Source: Parcubacteria group bacterium GW2011_GWD2_42_14 | Lineage (GTDB): Bacteria > Patescibacteriota > Minisyncoccia > Phycocordibacterales > UBA12088 | DNA length: 64,000 nt | Assembly (NCBI GenBank): GCA_000998045.1 | Contig: LCCS01000007.1 | Coordinates: forward strand, 5,220 to 69,219 | Reading direction: 5' to 3' | Shown here: positions 12,001 to 17,222 of the stretch, piece after piece | How the letters are laid out: each line of letters starts with the position of its first letter | Position numbering within the stretch: position 1 is the first letter of the stretch | The notes under the pieces: model-generated | The model's database searches: none | Seen by the model: only the letters and a program-made list of their open reading frames with translations | What the model was told of the DNA's origin: nothing | Program-made: the position numbers and the translations under genes

Positions 12001-12394
12001 CTACCTGGTCTTCTTCAGATTCATTTAGAGGAGCATCATCAGATACTGTTTCAGTTTCTTCAGTCCCGTCTTCTTGTGTATCGTCTGCATTACCCTCTGT
12101 TATTTCTACATCTCCAGTCTCTGGTAACCCAGTATCGAGTATTCCCTCAGGGGTTACAATTACAAATGTGGAATTTGTGCGATTGAAATCATCAAAAATA
12201 GCTTGGGCACCAAGATTTTGTTCCAACGCCAAACCTTCTTTCATCCAACCATCACTTGCAACATTGGTAGGAAAAATATGTATAGTACGCTCTTCATCTG
12301 TAGCAAACACTGCTACGGTTATAGTGAAAATCACAAACAAAGCAACCGCGAGAGATAGCTTGTAACGTTTGAATATTTGAAAGGTAGCGTGCAT
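1..12394 (-). CDS. Giant secreted surface protein, 5' end in window and 3' end beyond window start (>4100 aa). Signal peptide, acidic D/E/T-rich linker, then many FN3-like beta-domains.
   Basis: ATG at 12394 is followed by MHATFQIFKRYKLSLAVALFVIFTITVAVFA-TDEER, a classic signal peptide. The ORF track reports no ORF in this minus frame over 12 kb, consistent with an ORF open to the window edge; all listed minus ORFs here are in another frame and all plus ORFs are low-complexity antisense artefacts. Hand translation of the same frame gives IVTPEGILDTGLPETGDVEITEGNADDTQEDGTEE at ~12150 (acidic linker), CDAELRLTLTTPEGDAEEI at ~9030, TYWWRVRARDPGGADVWSVW at 3662-3721 (FN3-type motif, repeated again near 4440 and 7100), and ESGNSVAVGGTFGNSVPSAT at 2-61 with no stop. 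Confidence 0.55.
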   Translation of the reverse strand, partial: MHATFQIFKRYKLSLAVALFVIFTITVAVFATDEERTIHIFPTNVASDGWMKEGLALEQNLGAQAIFDDFNRTNSTFVIVTPEGILDTGLPETGDVEITEGNADDTQEDGTEETETVSDDAPLNESEEDQVENSEEEILPLPDISVGRYLLNVSRGFVGYTARAQDTGESTTEVGSQDESVEEPVLEESVEVSGEAEEGTEPVEGVEEVDSTENGEVSEGATSENQNTEGNTDDIIQAEEDVRVCQVLGIECHTIQFTGFDIGSVLSDFTVKGYELRISLAAQTLGESFTPDKLLVRYQYRGAWYVAGEILLDKTLSNYDNGGHFAFQLPNVQSWDALNDFRVELEYVRQGEVRTELFVDSVWIDTTYEAESVDQTLPEVSNILHELAVLEDSGRPDVLIENEKRIELTATEYVPGDELVLRSDFDVYNGLTTARAYIAVTNMSNREENFRLITRTGHQAQVMRLEERIKNVPTPNDTPVYSEVAYFCEAGWDLELSQNSADIENFQDKNISETEETFEPVEEVISSTEPEALVEGEHGEEPEGGDEMLVEEETGTLETEVLTPDPNEETEVVEDTSEVELTSTYTCRATGQTETCNSFNADKTNCIVGNDRINISETMVYENGWEPIPLLEVTDGGRSATSFFDRLFGNDEEENTPTLLTSIQEADRDFRIMPRETRYFAIDLEFEVQRAGEFVVEVEGDEADATRSMWWRSAFGYRMPVTFEAGESLDGDVPGLYEVRIDRTHSEFFERAALDGADVRFYDPATRKEVPSRPGDYSYVDQLATYMVELEREAFATRTLFAYFGNEQVTSASRLLAPQLTPEPIAYAGITKPSDGAVLSLVSEYENARVQSRDNEPITLVRGVSQALLVEGGEETLSSQGPLQVRLSGEELTAGVRDLLLSYPPDMHVEEVRYPEGGIEYRLARYKEVVVPTTLGAVEELPLPAVGVFESLLSKNLFDHINYLRNLQVPQLHDFREALKDFAIGEDITFSLKYRPQKGKFSRFWSGLFRDRLAQVTEVHLMRDGALVEDAHFEIVYGVEGEWTIHILEMPRELVPGKYTLALTVDETGTAYSDSFDFYWGVLVINTPQSVYKMDDLTKFHMAALDDKGDTICDAELRLTLTTPEGDAEEIRVEPQPTCGANNVTDDPDYLAWYRPHEVGKYGITLTHVNLDGEVVHQITDSFEVAESQSYIIERHGATRIWPKASYVMELAVTATADFVGEVVEAIPIDFELIDTGDAETTMWGRAKRLVWNVELQAGETQVFRYEYDAPDVSPYVYLLGPAEIRIGGQTAFIESRTWKLASDALGQYVEQFISITPSTTGAWTTIDLSGAPYNIPANAVIEMALINTDYGNELYAGVRHASSTLDRRFLLHEAETTGTGVEGMSEVTVHVTASASSSIQYYADSATLVTFRILGYWTDGVYVERFDTTDPSTTDDAWVNWDLNTYGLTQGDVAEIVMVNNQANTDFLAGVRTDGSALNRYIRLHEPETGGDTYATMFVQATTSTARVETYSDDDGPGIGTDVDFILSGYWDTMPTGLTYKESWSDLGGPTANTTWTDRRLDNLTVPPTGIAEVVFANNADANGAIELGVRTNGSSLGRVLDLHEAEGGSTGVTPSRMMVTAGSDASSTIEYYTESTAADNFYLAGYWSASNYPADEPILYNVPFDNEKTGSSTPYFEFSALDPDGATDIIYEIQWDDDADVATSPLGDRTSDNEAGCSPNCFTNTVSGGDTSPFTEGNRIRFTMQSALTTGTTYYWRVRAKDIGSGIYGEWSDILSFTYVENTSPKAWIQTEDTQFDQGTLSGTETYGANKVRLATTPPVGAMVAYGSNTNTSPHYRIWNGTAWSASSSALSVGGQISWTTLRAATTRNEYILATQDTGGDVNVQIYNGTTGTWGNLWEVTPTVGSPAYKAFDVQYQTQSGNAVVAYCDGNQDPSYAVWNGTAWSATSTIDLTFTQNCEWLAMAADPSSDELIMVARANVAQANPDYEAQVYDPVAGSWGSSYTGGAGDEAAREGIAIGYEESGTNAVIVISNGQNGNFAYNSWDGSSWGTGGTVGLGDDFEWGQVASDNGTDDMALCYIDEDDDMGTVFWNGTTNTWGAYREHDTEGDVGVADADAHGRPISCQYETTAGRDGYHLVAYSNTVNAEYNYFTGSVWQYLVNSGASISSVEDSWTVNTTRTGDGKILAVFHDNTNTRYDFSAWDGSSWTTKTTIDDYPSRTAEPWYEPISIAAQQYQASVGSIVSTIVDFDLVIGQPSWGEVIWNTTEPVGTNATLQVYYATTTAACNVLVPDAVLSGNSTGFDATASPLNLSGLSTSTYNMLCIKTNLTSTVAQTPTLDDWSLSWERQPYLSENKYRWYTNVDSLSPSDVWPVGSDAVDESTPIPATFAPSFGSVLRLRLSILDTNVSLSASSIEVKLQWAEGVTCSSDMVWTDVGDIGSSEPWRGYHNNGVSDGTTLSSTLLSTSDTVESYEESNPAVSNPNGITTGNEGEWDFVLEHNATSSTNYCFRAIHTDGTELSAYNTYPQLITNAPPTKPLHEAPFDNQALASTTPWFEFVAEDVKLDDLHYQIQVDDDITFGSTIIDMNSSDDFTAFTNLTTPSDKSPFNAGENVRLVPTTALSNGTTYWWRVRARDPSGSGEWGEWSDSTSLTISSVTETTWFQTTLNQFDTDTHEQTEATSTDSIVLTPPNTTGTTTSSAIDYEWGTQGNAWGSLSWSDTETASDLKYKLEYNNAGTWELIPDGALAGNSAGFDNSSVSLLGLDPTVYNELRIVAVFTNAGASPSLQSWTLSWGYAVEQPTLLTLFDNEKVGTTTPSFTFYSTDPETNDLVYEISWSTDATFLTGSTTRSSDTHAGFTNTSSTTDTTPFFDGDTIRFVIQSGDAVTNGSTYWWRVRARDPGGADVWSVWSPQRSFTVDTAVTSSTWHQTTDEQLDTDTLNSTEASGVDTARITSVVRDVLLVYAEGVLQTPRYRMWNGTSWGTEKSASNIGERMYWARTAPASTRDEYVLVTGGVSGAVKAQVYTAVTQTWSAPVSLATLASAVRRGFDVAYETDSGDALAVSCWGSEATYSVWNGVSWSATTTINLASTQNCEWIELASDPESDEIIMTARANPAEATYDFEAQVWNGSGWGNSTRQGAMEAADVENIGMDIAYEGSGGDAVFVTSNNTNANFHSRTWNGSSWSATSSVALADDLETPKIVQDVGSDNLAMCYVANNNGLYFTRWTGSAWGAVTQISIDSNSKDGGHSFDCTYETTSGRDGYLLFPYTDTITGFYRYWDTATLQPETALSTFTDSWAVQTVRAGDGVVLVASWDDANTNIDVSHWNGSVWATRQTLETNVSALATANVPMHMSARKYPSVTSGSVISSPINFYDGEGPRWDLLSWNDTTPGTSDILYQIEYSTDSGDSWTLVPDGVLAGNSAGFTTGPVAMENMPYTTYNLIRVNASFACSAGDCPTLSDWTVTWSEGVTVSGTAKQYDQTTNVTSGTVAVAVNGVLQSGKTGTIGGGGTWSIANVTAFPGDTIMVFIDGASDASEAAAVTAYDGVGNVTNIPLYERHLTLGSDDATTTTNALIGLYDYSVSGDEDVFFDVDIGNDLYVCASASGTCGDVELIVRSNFAYRPDSSNSGTLYAHDVEINGTITPDNNTLYVSGSWDNNGTFTAGGSTVIFTATSTNELVDATGASASSFNTVTFGQTSGTALFTLGGIFDVEASVSVAYGTLYASSASLYIGGNLSLSNGTTFLKGIGTTTFDGSVVGVITDSTVSKQDLGKVHINGSSKIVRLGAPAKLTYLTIEIGNTFDVSATNYALEVVGDFVNRGNFSSRSGTVTFSATTTGHVIDSGTSAWYNITANGVGGNWAFVPSQVTIGGNLTVATGTLTLTVGTTTVSGNITNSGGVFVHNNGTVELIGSGAKTLYQNNSPFFNVTVNGTGSWSWTDQNATSSGSMRLQNGTLTYPAETLTIGKSLVTTGGTINANGGTLRFTSPTIETISTNGSALFNVIVSGEGGSFAFTDTNLTASGTVRFLAGTSTLPTGVFTVGGSFETTGGTWNSNGGTVLFNSTATGRTVSTGQNTFAHVTFNSATGGWTIQTNATSTGNWSITNASSFTVESGNSVAVGGTFGNSVPSAT

Positions 12395-12811
12395 CAAAAT
12401 ACCAAAAGAGCCCCAACTCATGGGAACATCTAGGTCATATACATTATTGCACAAAAATGGCTTAAAATATCTAAAAAAGTCATATATAACGCCATATACT
12501 GTGGATAGCATTTACAATTTTAAACAAAACTCACCCCGCATTTTAGGCTCTGGGTAGAAAAGCCTCTACACGTTCGTACAATCGTTTGTAGTAGAAGTAT
12601 TTTTCGATCAGCTCTCCCCCCGTGCAATAAGAGTACCCGCACTCATGACTGATACCATAGTGTGTCCAGTTTACGTAGATCCACATGTATGCAAGTTTCG
12701 CAATAGAGTATCGCAAAAAGCAAGGGTACTTTTTCTCATAACCCATAGTCTTATCACCTTACCACACACCTTGGCGTCGACGTCGGTGTATACCTGTTGT
12801 GCCGAACATTT

Positions 12812-12986
12812 GGACCCACATAAGCGGATGCAGTTCGAGGCGCACAGGCAAAATACTGCGAGGCGTACAGCAGTACGATGAGTAGTATTTTGTGTAGTGC
12901 AACAAAGAAATGCGACCAATTTTTCTTATGAGCTTTGCGAATTAGAAAAATGAAGTACTCTTGTGGTGCGCCGTTTATGTGGGTCC
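12812..12986. repeat. Structured intergenic element, copy A (long form, ~175 nt). Outer inverted repeat GGACCCACATAAGCGG / CCGTTTATGTGGGTCC. Conserved core GGATGCAGTTCGAGGCGC...CAAAATACT...AGTATTTTGTG plus a ~55-nt AT-rich insert.
   Basis: Same core as the copies at 22774, 24337, 24557 and 56816. The outer stem differs from the other copies but stays complementary within the copy. It lies 5 nt after the stop of the cohesin-like gene at 12991. Confidence 0.6.
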
Positions 12987-12990
12987 AAAC

Positions 12991-14469
12991 CTACTTGAGG
13001 AGCTTGCGAACATCCTCCACCTCCTTATCAATAAGTTCTTCAGAAATATCCAATGCGTCTTTAAGTCCTTCGAGAATTGTTCTCTCCGTATCAGTCATGT
13101 TGGGTTTGTGCGATAGCTCAAGCACCTTCTCCTCAATTTCATCTCTAAGGACTCCAAAAATATTAATAAGTCTGTCTCCAACCTCAGCTGTTTCTCTTTT
13201 AATATGATCTTTTTCTTCATGAAAACGACGTCGCTCTTGAATTAACATCGTAATAACGATTGCAAGCGCACCCATAAAGAGAAGTGATACCCAATATATA
13301 GCCCCGAAGCCACTCTCCTTAATAGCATTTGGGTCCACCTCTTCAACCTTGGTTCCCGTTACAGTAACGGGGGCCTCGGCTGAGCGTTCATTGCCAGCGA
13401 AGTCGACAGCTGTAACACCTATCGTATGGTCTCCCGGATCCAAGTTGGTAATCGTATACCCGCCTGAGACTAGCTCGTTGGGCTGAACATCGCGTGGACT
13501 TTCTCCGTCTATCACAACACGATACAGTTCTACACCCGAAAGCGAGTCTTGTGCTTCAAATCGTATTTGTGCCGTTAAGTCTCCACCTACTGCAGTTACC
13601 CCAAACTCATCTGGTGGTGTGGTGTCAATTTGCAGTTTGTACGAAGTTGAACTTCCCCACCCTCCTCGATTTAAGTATTCCGCAGTGAAGTACCACGTAC
13701 CGTCCGTTATCCCCGTTTTACTCCATTCACCTACGGGCGGTTCATGTTTCTCAGTCGACGTCGCATCAGGAACATCTCCAAACGCAAACCGAACTCCAAG
13801 AACCCCATAGGGAATATCCCACGTGAATTTCGCATCTGATTTGTTATACCACACACCCTGTTCTGGATGCGTAGGACTTGAGATATCAGGAGCATCCGGT
13901 GGTGGGATTTTGGTATTTCTTTCTTGTGTAGGGGTGGTGGGCGGAGTAACTGGATCAGGTGGCTTGGCTGAAGCAGGGGTGACAGTAAATGTCGCTCCCG
14001 CAGAACCCGAAAGTACGTCCTGCCCTGCACCCGCAAGTAGGGTGGATTTTGTAAATTCAACTTTAGCAGAACCTTCTGCTTTTGCCTTAAAGGTAATGGT
14101 TGCGACTGCTTTTGAGCCAGAAATAGCCGTTGTACCACCTCCAGAAAACGTAATAGTCCCACCACTTATTTTTGGTTCAACTACCCAAAGATTAAAAGGT
14201 GAACCCTCTTTTGATACTGATACAGCGGTAAGCTTGCTCGTGTCGTAGGTAATAGTCGCTTCACCCGTGTTGACCGCATCAGTACCCGCATTGACCATGA
14301 CCTTTACAGCAAAAGTTTTACCAACCTCGAAACTGCCGTCTGCTGGTGAGAGTAGGTAGCTTGCAGCCAGAGAAACCTGTGGCACAGTGAGGCCGACAAG
14401 CGAACACATAAAAAACAGAAAGAAGAGTTTCTGTCTAAAATTTGGTAATGTGAAAAAAGCCTCGCTCAT
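12991..14469 (-). CDS. Membrane-anchored surface protein. Signal peptide, cohesin-like domain, Pro-rich linker, Ig/FN3-like domains, C-terminal TM helix and a charged coiled-coil tail.
   Basis: Likely start is MSEAFFTLPNFRQKLFFLFFMCSLVGLTVPQVSLAAS at 14469; the track ORF extends to 14529 and overlaps the Hsp20 gene. The segment VGKTFAVKVMVNAGTDAVNTGEATITYDTSKLTAVSV...ATITFKAKAEGSAKVEFT matches the cohesin fold pattern. It is followed by PPDPVTPPTTPTQ and a C-terminal TM (GFGAIYWVSLLFMGALAIVITML) plus a K/E-rich tail. Confidence 0.5.
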   Translation of the reverse strand: MSEAFFTLPNFRQKLFFLFFMCSLVGLTVPQVSLAASYLLSPADGSFEVGKTFAVKVMVNAGTDAVNTGEATITYDTSKLTAVSVSKEGSPFNLWVVEPKISGGTITFSGGGTTAISGSKAVATITFKAKAEGSAKVEFTKSTLLAGAGQDVLSGSAGATFTVTPASAKPPDPVTPPTTPTQERNTKIPPPDAPDISSPTHPEQGVWYNKSDAKFTWDIPYGVLGVRFAFGDVPDATSTEKHEPPVGEWSKTGITDGTWYFTAEYLNRGGWGSSTSYKLQIDTTPPDEFGVTAVGGDLTAQIRFEAQDSLSGVELYRVVIDGESPRDVQPNELVSGGYTITNLDPGDHTIGVTAVDFAGNERSAEAPVTVTGTKVEEVDPNAIKESGFGAIYWVSLLFMGALAIVITMLIQERRRFHEEKDHIKRETAEVGDRLINIFGVLRDEIEEKVLELSHKPNMTDTERTILEGLKDALDISEELIDKEVEDVRKLLK

Positions 14470-14494
14470 GCTCAATGTTTGCGAGCGAGGAATC

Positions 14495-14992
14495 TTATTG
14501 TAGACCCTGCGCTCCGTGATCGTCTGCACGTACTACATTCAAACGAAGTCCTTTCCCTTGCTTACCAATGAGTGGCAAACGTAGTGCCAATACGCCATCT
14601 TTTGTTTTTGCCTCTGCTCGTTCAGGATCTATCTCATCCGGAAGAATTATTTGTCTGTAAAAATCCCCCCAATGGCATTCCTCGAGAGTAAAATCACCAT
14701 TTTGTGAGGCGTGTGATTCGTGCATGAGCTGTTCTGGACGAAGGGCCGAACCTTGAATACTTACCACGTCGTTGTCTCCTGCAATAGAAACGTCCAAGGT
14801 CTGCATATCCATACCTGCAAGTTGTGCATAGATGACTATTTCTGTATCAGATTGAAACACATCGACAGGAAGCTGAAGTGCGTGACCAGGAAGTACTGGC
14901 TGTGAACTTTTAGCTGACGCTGAGGCATCTACAAGCTGGCCTTCTTTGTCAACAAGACCTTTCCCTTTTAGTTTATCCATAAAAGTACCCAT
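14495..14992 (-). CDS. Hsp20/alpha-crystallin family small heat-shock protein
   Basis: Alpha-crystallin domain VDVFQSDTEIVIYAQLAGMDMQTLDVSIAGDNDVVSIQGS ... GDFYRQIILPDEIDPERAEAKTKDGVLALRLP. Confidence 0.8.
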   Translation of the reverse strand: MGTFMDKLKGKGLVDKEGQLVDASASAKSSQPVLPGHALQLPVDVFQSDTEIVIYAQLAGMDMQTLDVSIAGDNDVVSIQGSALRPEQLMHESHASQNGDFTLEECHWGDFYRQIILPDEIDPERAEAKTKDGVLALRLPLIGKQGKGLRLNVVRADDHGAQGLQ

Positions 14993-15140
14993 AAGAAATG
15001 AACTATGACTAATGAACTACTAATGCGATGTGATGGCGACCCCTCTTAGAGTAGCAACTGCATTCGTAAGAACAGTATACCACCACTTATGCATGAAAAA
15101 TAAAAAAGTGCTGAGGGTAAAATGGGGATAAAGAAAAAGA

Positions 15141-15200
15141 GTTACCGAGTTGCGAGTAAAGCGAGTATCGAGTTAACGAGTTACGAGTGTCGATGAAGAT
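15141..15200. repeat. CGAGT-rich short-repeat cluster (GAGTTACCGAGTTGCGAGTAAAGCGAGTATCGAGTTAACGAGTTACGAGTG) containing the GAGTAAAGCGAGT core
   Basis: Six CGAGT units spaced ~8 nt apart. The ACTCGCTTTACTC core (as its reverse complement) recurs at ~29240 and ~63507, and TTGCGAG recurs at 21290, 25280 and 52678. Confidence 0.4.
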
Positions 15201-15345
15201 AGCAAAGAAAAACATCGCACAGAACTTTTGTTTTTGAGTGAATATCGAGGCACCAAGGAGTCATGTTTACGAGTCGTATTATCTATACGATGAGAAAACT
15301 GACGACGCAGGTAACAAAGATATTCGCCAAAAACAGAAGTTCTGG

Positions 15346-17214
15346 TTAGCCTGTCCAGTAGAATAGAAGTATAGAAAAGTCCGGTAGCGAGACCGTTCCG
15401 TCTTTGTTTACATCCGCTTCAACACTTGCAGTGTTCCAGTTAAAAAGAAGTATAGAAAAGTCGATTAAGTTTACCGAATCGTCACAGTTTAAATCTCCTC
15501 GACTCAGACAATCATCATCAGCAACCGTAACACCTAACCCTATTGTTTTTCTGGCACTTTTATCGCTCTCCACAAGGCCGTTTGGCATTTTCCCTTGTGC
15601 GACAAACTCATAGGTCCCCTTAGGAAGTTTCAGAGTAGGTATAGTGATAGTCCATGCTCCACTTCCATCTGCGGTAGTTGTACTCACAATATCTGCTGTA
15701 GAAACCTCAGCAAGCTTTGGACGTAGCCATGTCGTAAGCACTGCTTGTGGTGCAGAGTATCCCGTTACAACGAGGGGTGTCCCAGGCGATATGGAAGCTT
15801 CAGCCACAGACACCGTTGGAGGCAACATAATGTTATTGAGAGAGTTAAGGGTGTTTGTTTGTAGCCATAGTGTGGTTGAGAAGGTAGCACTGCGTACACC
15901 TTTGCTGTCTACTGCATAAATGCCAAACGAGTACGATCCTCGATCAAGACCTTCTGTTTTGTCACTAAATTCTCCACCTCCTCCTGCTCCCTTCGTAGTT
16001 ATGGTGACACCGTCCCTGAGGAACGAAACGGTAGCCCCAGGGTACGCCCATCCTTCTATACTTACATCAGCTTGAGGAAGCTTGGTACCTGTACCATCGT
16101 CTCCACCCCCGCTCGAACTACCTCCACCACCATCTCCGCCAGCAGGGCTTGTACCACTCCCTGACCCCGTAGAACCGCCTCCTGTACCGACATCGTCTCC
16201 TGTCCCTGATCCACCCTGCACCGTTGTCGAAGAAACTCCCGTGCCCGTGCCCGTGCCCGTCGTCGTGGCTGTCGACGTCGCACTTCCTGGCATGAGACCT
16301 ATAGTAAACGAGAGTTCGTAATCCGGATCCATTTCGTTTTCTCGGAAGTCCACACATCGGAGAAAGTAGTCGTACGTCGTGTCGTCTTCAAGATTGCTCA
16401 CTTGTGCAAAATGCCACTTAACAAGTCCTGAGGAAGTGCCTGTGAAGGAATATGGCATCAGGTCATACGCCATACTTGAGGTTGCAAAACGACAGTAAGC
16501 AGCTTCATCGGTAGTTACAAACATTTCTACTGCTCGGGTACCAACCTGTAACAGTCCGGTAGGCACCGCCGACAAAATAACTGGGGGTATTTGGTCAGTC
16601 GTATCGACTGGTCCGGCTGTCACCTGATCAACTATAGCTATCATAGTGCGCCCATAGTCCAGCTCGACATCACTGGTATTGTATGTGTACACTGTCACGG
16701 GGTATGAGCTAGTCGCAGCACTTAACTGTGCTTGCACATCTCCAGTAGCACCATACTGAGCATTCGTGCCTATTTCTACCACTACTTCGTTATTAGCAGG
16801 TATGCCAAGGGAGGTATTTAGATCAAAACGTATCTTCCCTGCACTTCCACTCGTGACCGTCACATCATCAGTACCAGCTGTTTGTATGGAGGATAGTGGT
16901 CTCTCGGTGTACGGTCCCCCTGGAACTGCGGAGAAAGCTATATCGACGTCGGAAAAGTTCAGCGTTGCCGGCAATATAATTCCACCCTCATCAAAAACTA
17001 TTTCTATGGCGCCATTGGCAGGAACTGCTTGCGTCAGAGTAAATGTAATCTTTTGATTCGTGTACGCACTTGGGGCGCTGGTCGAGAGCAAGTCGCTAAT
17101 GCGCGTGAGGTAGCTCGTCGCATACACCCTAGAAACAAAAGTAAGTAGTACACATACAACAACCAATCCAAAAATACTTTTGTGAAATTGTGGTGTGATT
17201 TTAAAATGTTCCAT
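15346..17214 (-). CDS. Secreted surface protein with C-terminal dockerin domain (signal peptide, G/T/S-rich linker, Ig-like beta domains, tandem dockerin)
   Basis: The C-terminus DLNCDDSVNLIDFSILLFNW ... DVNKDGTVSLPDFSILLFYWTG shows two D-x-N-x-D-x-x-V-x-x-x-D-F calcium-binding segments typical of type-I dockerin. The N-terminal signal is MEHFKITPQFHKSIFGLVVVCVLLTFVSRVYA. There is a GTGTGTG/GGS low-complexity linker. Confidence 0.6.
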   Translation of the reverse strand: MEHFKITPQFHKSIFGLVVVCVLLTFVSRVYATSYLTRISDLLSTSAPSAYTNQKITFTLTQAVPANGAIEIVFDEGGIILPATLNFSDVDIAFSAVPGGPYTERPLSSIQTAGTDDVTVTSGSAGKIRFDLNTSLGIPANNEVVVEIGTNAQYGATGDVQAQLSAATSSYPVTVYTYNTSDVELDYGRTMIAIVDQVTAGPVDTTDQIPPVILSAVPTGLLQVGTRAVEMFVTTDEAAYCRFATSSMAYDLMPYSFTGTSSGLVKWHFAQVSNLEDDTTYDYFLRCVDFRENEMDPDYELSFTIGLMPGSATSTATTTGTGTGTGVSSTTVQGGSGTGDDVGTGGGSTGSGSGTSPAGGDGGGGSSSGGGDDGTGTKLPQADVSIEGWAYPGATVSFLRDGVTITTKGAGGGGEFSDKTEGLDRGSYSFGIYAVDSKGVRSATFSTTLWLQTNTLNSLNNIMLPPTVSVAEASISPGTPLVVTGYSAPQAVLTTWLRPKLAEVSTADIVSTTTADGSGAWTITIPTLKLPKGTYEFVAQGKMPNGLVESDKSARKTIGLGVTVADDDCLSRGDLNCDDSVNLIDFSILLFNWNTASVEADVNKDGTVSLPDFSILLFYWTG

Positions 17215-17222
17215 GTATCTAC

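Noticed and set aside
204-12365. Numerous 60-220-aa plus-strand ORFs (e.g. 204..524, 1665..2195, 4890..5555, 10407..10877, 11880..12365) and small minus-strand ORFs in another frame
   Set aside because: They are low-complexity antisense or off-frame shadows of the giant minus-strand gene, with P/S/V/T-rich translations and no starts with signals. The coding frame with the signal peptide and FN3 motifs explains the region.
12543-12746. 67-aa ORF upstream of the giant gene
   Set aside because: Y/C/W-rich with no motif, and it sits in the promoter/spacer region. Likely spurious.
12820-12850. GCAGTTCGAGGCGC inside the element as a tRNA T-arm / tRNA-like gene
   Set aside because: It only loosely resembles GGTTCGA.TCC, and no acceptor or anticodon arms could be found around it. 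No tRNA was identified anywhere in the window.
12645-12919. ORFs 12645..12881(+), 12671..12919(-), and likewise 24341..24634(-) and the 5' extension of 21419..22972
   Set aside because: They lie inside copies of the conserved structured element, and their similar peptides (FFV.LHKI.LTV, MQFEAHRQNT…) simply reflect the conserved nucleotide sequence. No coding features.
12991-17214. Interpreting cohesin/dockerin as evidence of a cellulosome
   Set aside because: No glycoside hydrolase or CBM genes are in the window. The context is adhesin-like surface proteins, so a non-cellulosomal assembly role is the conservative reading.
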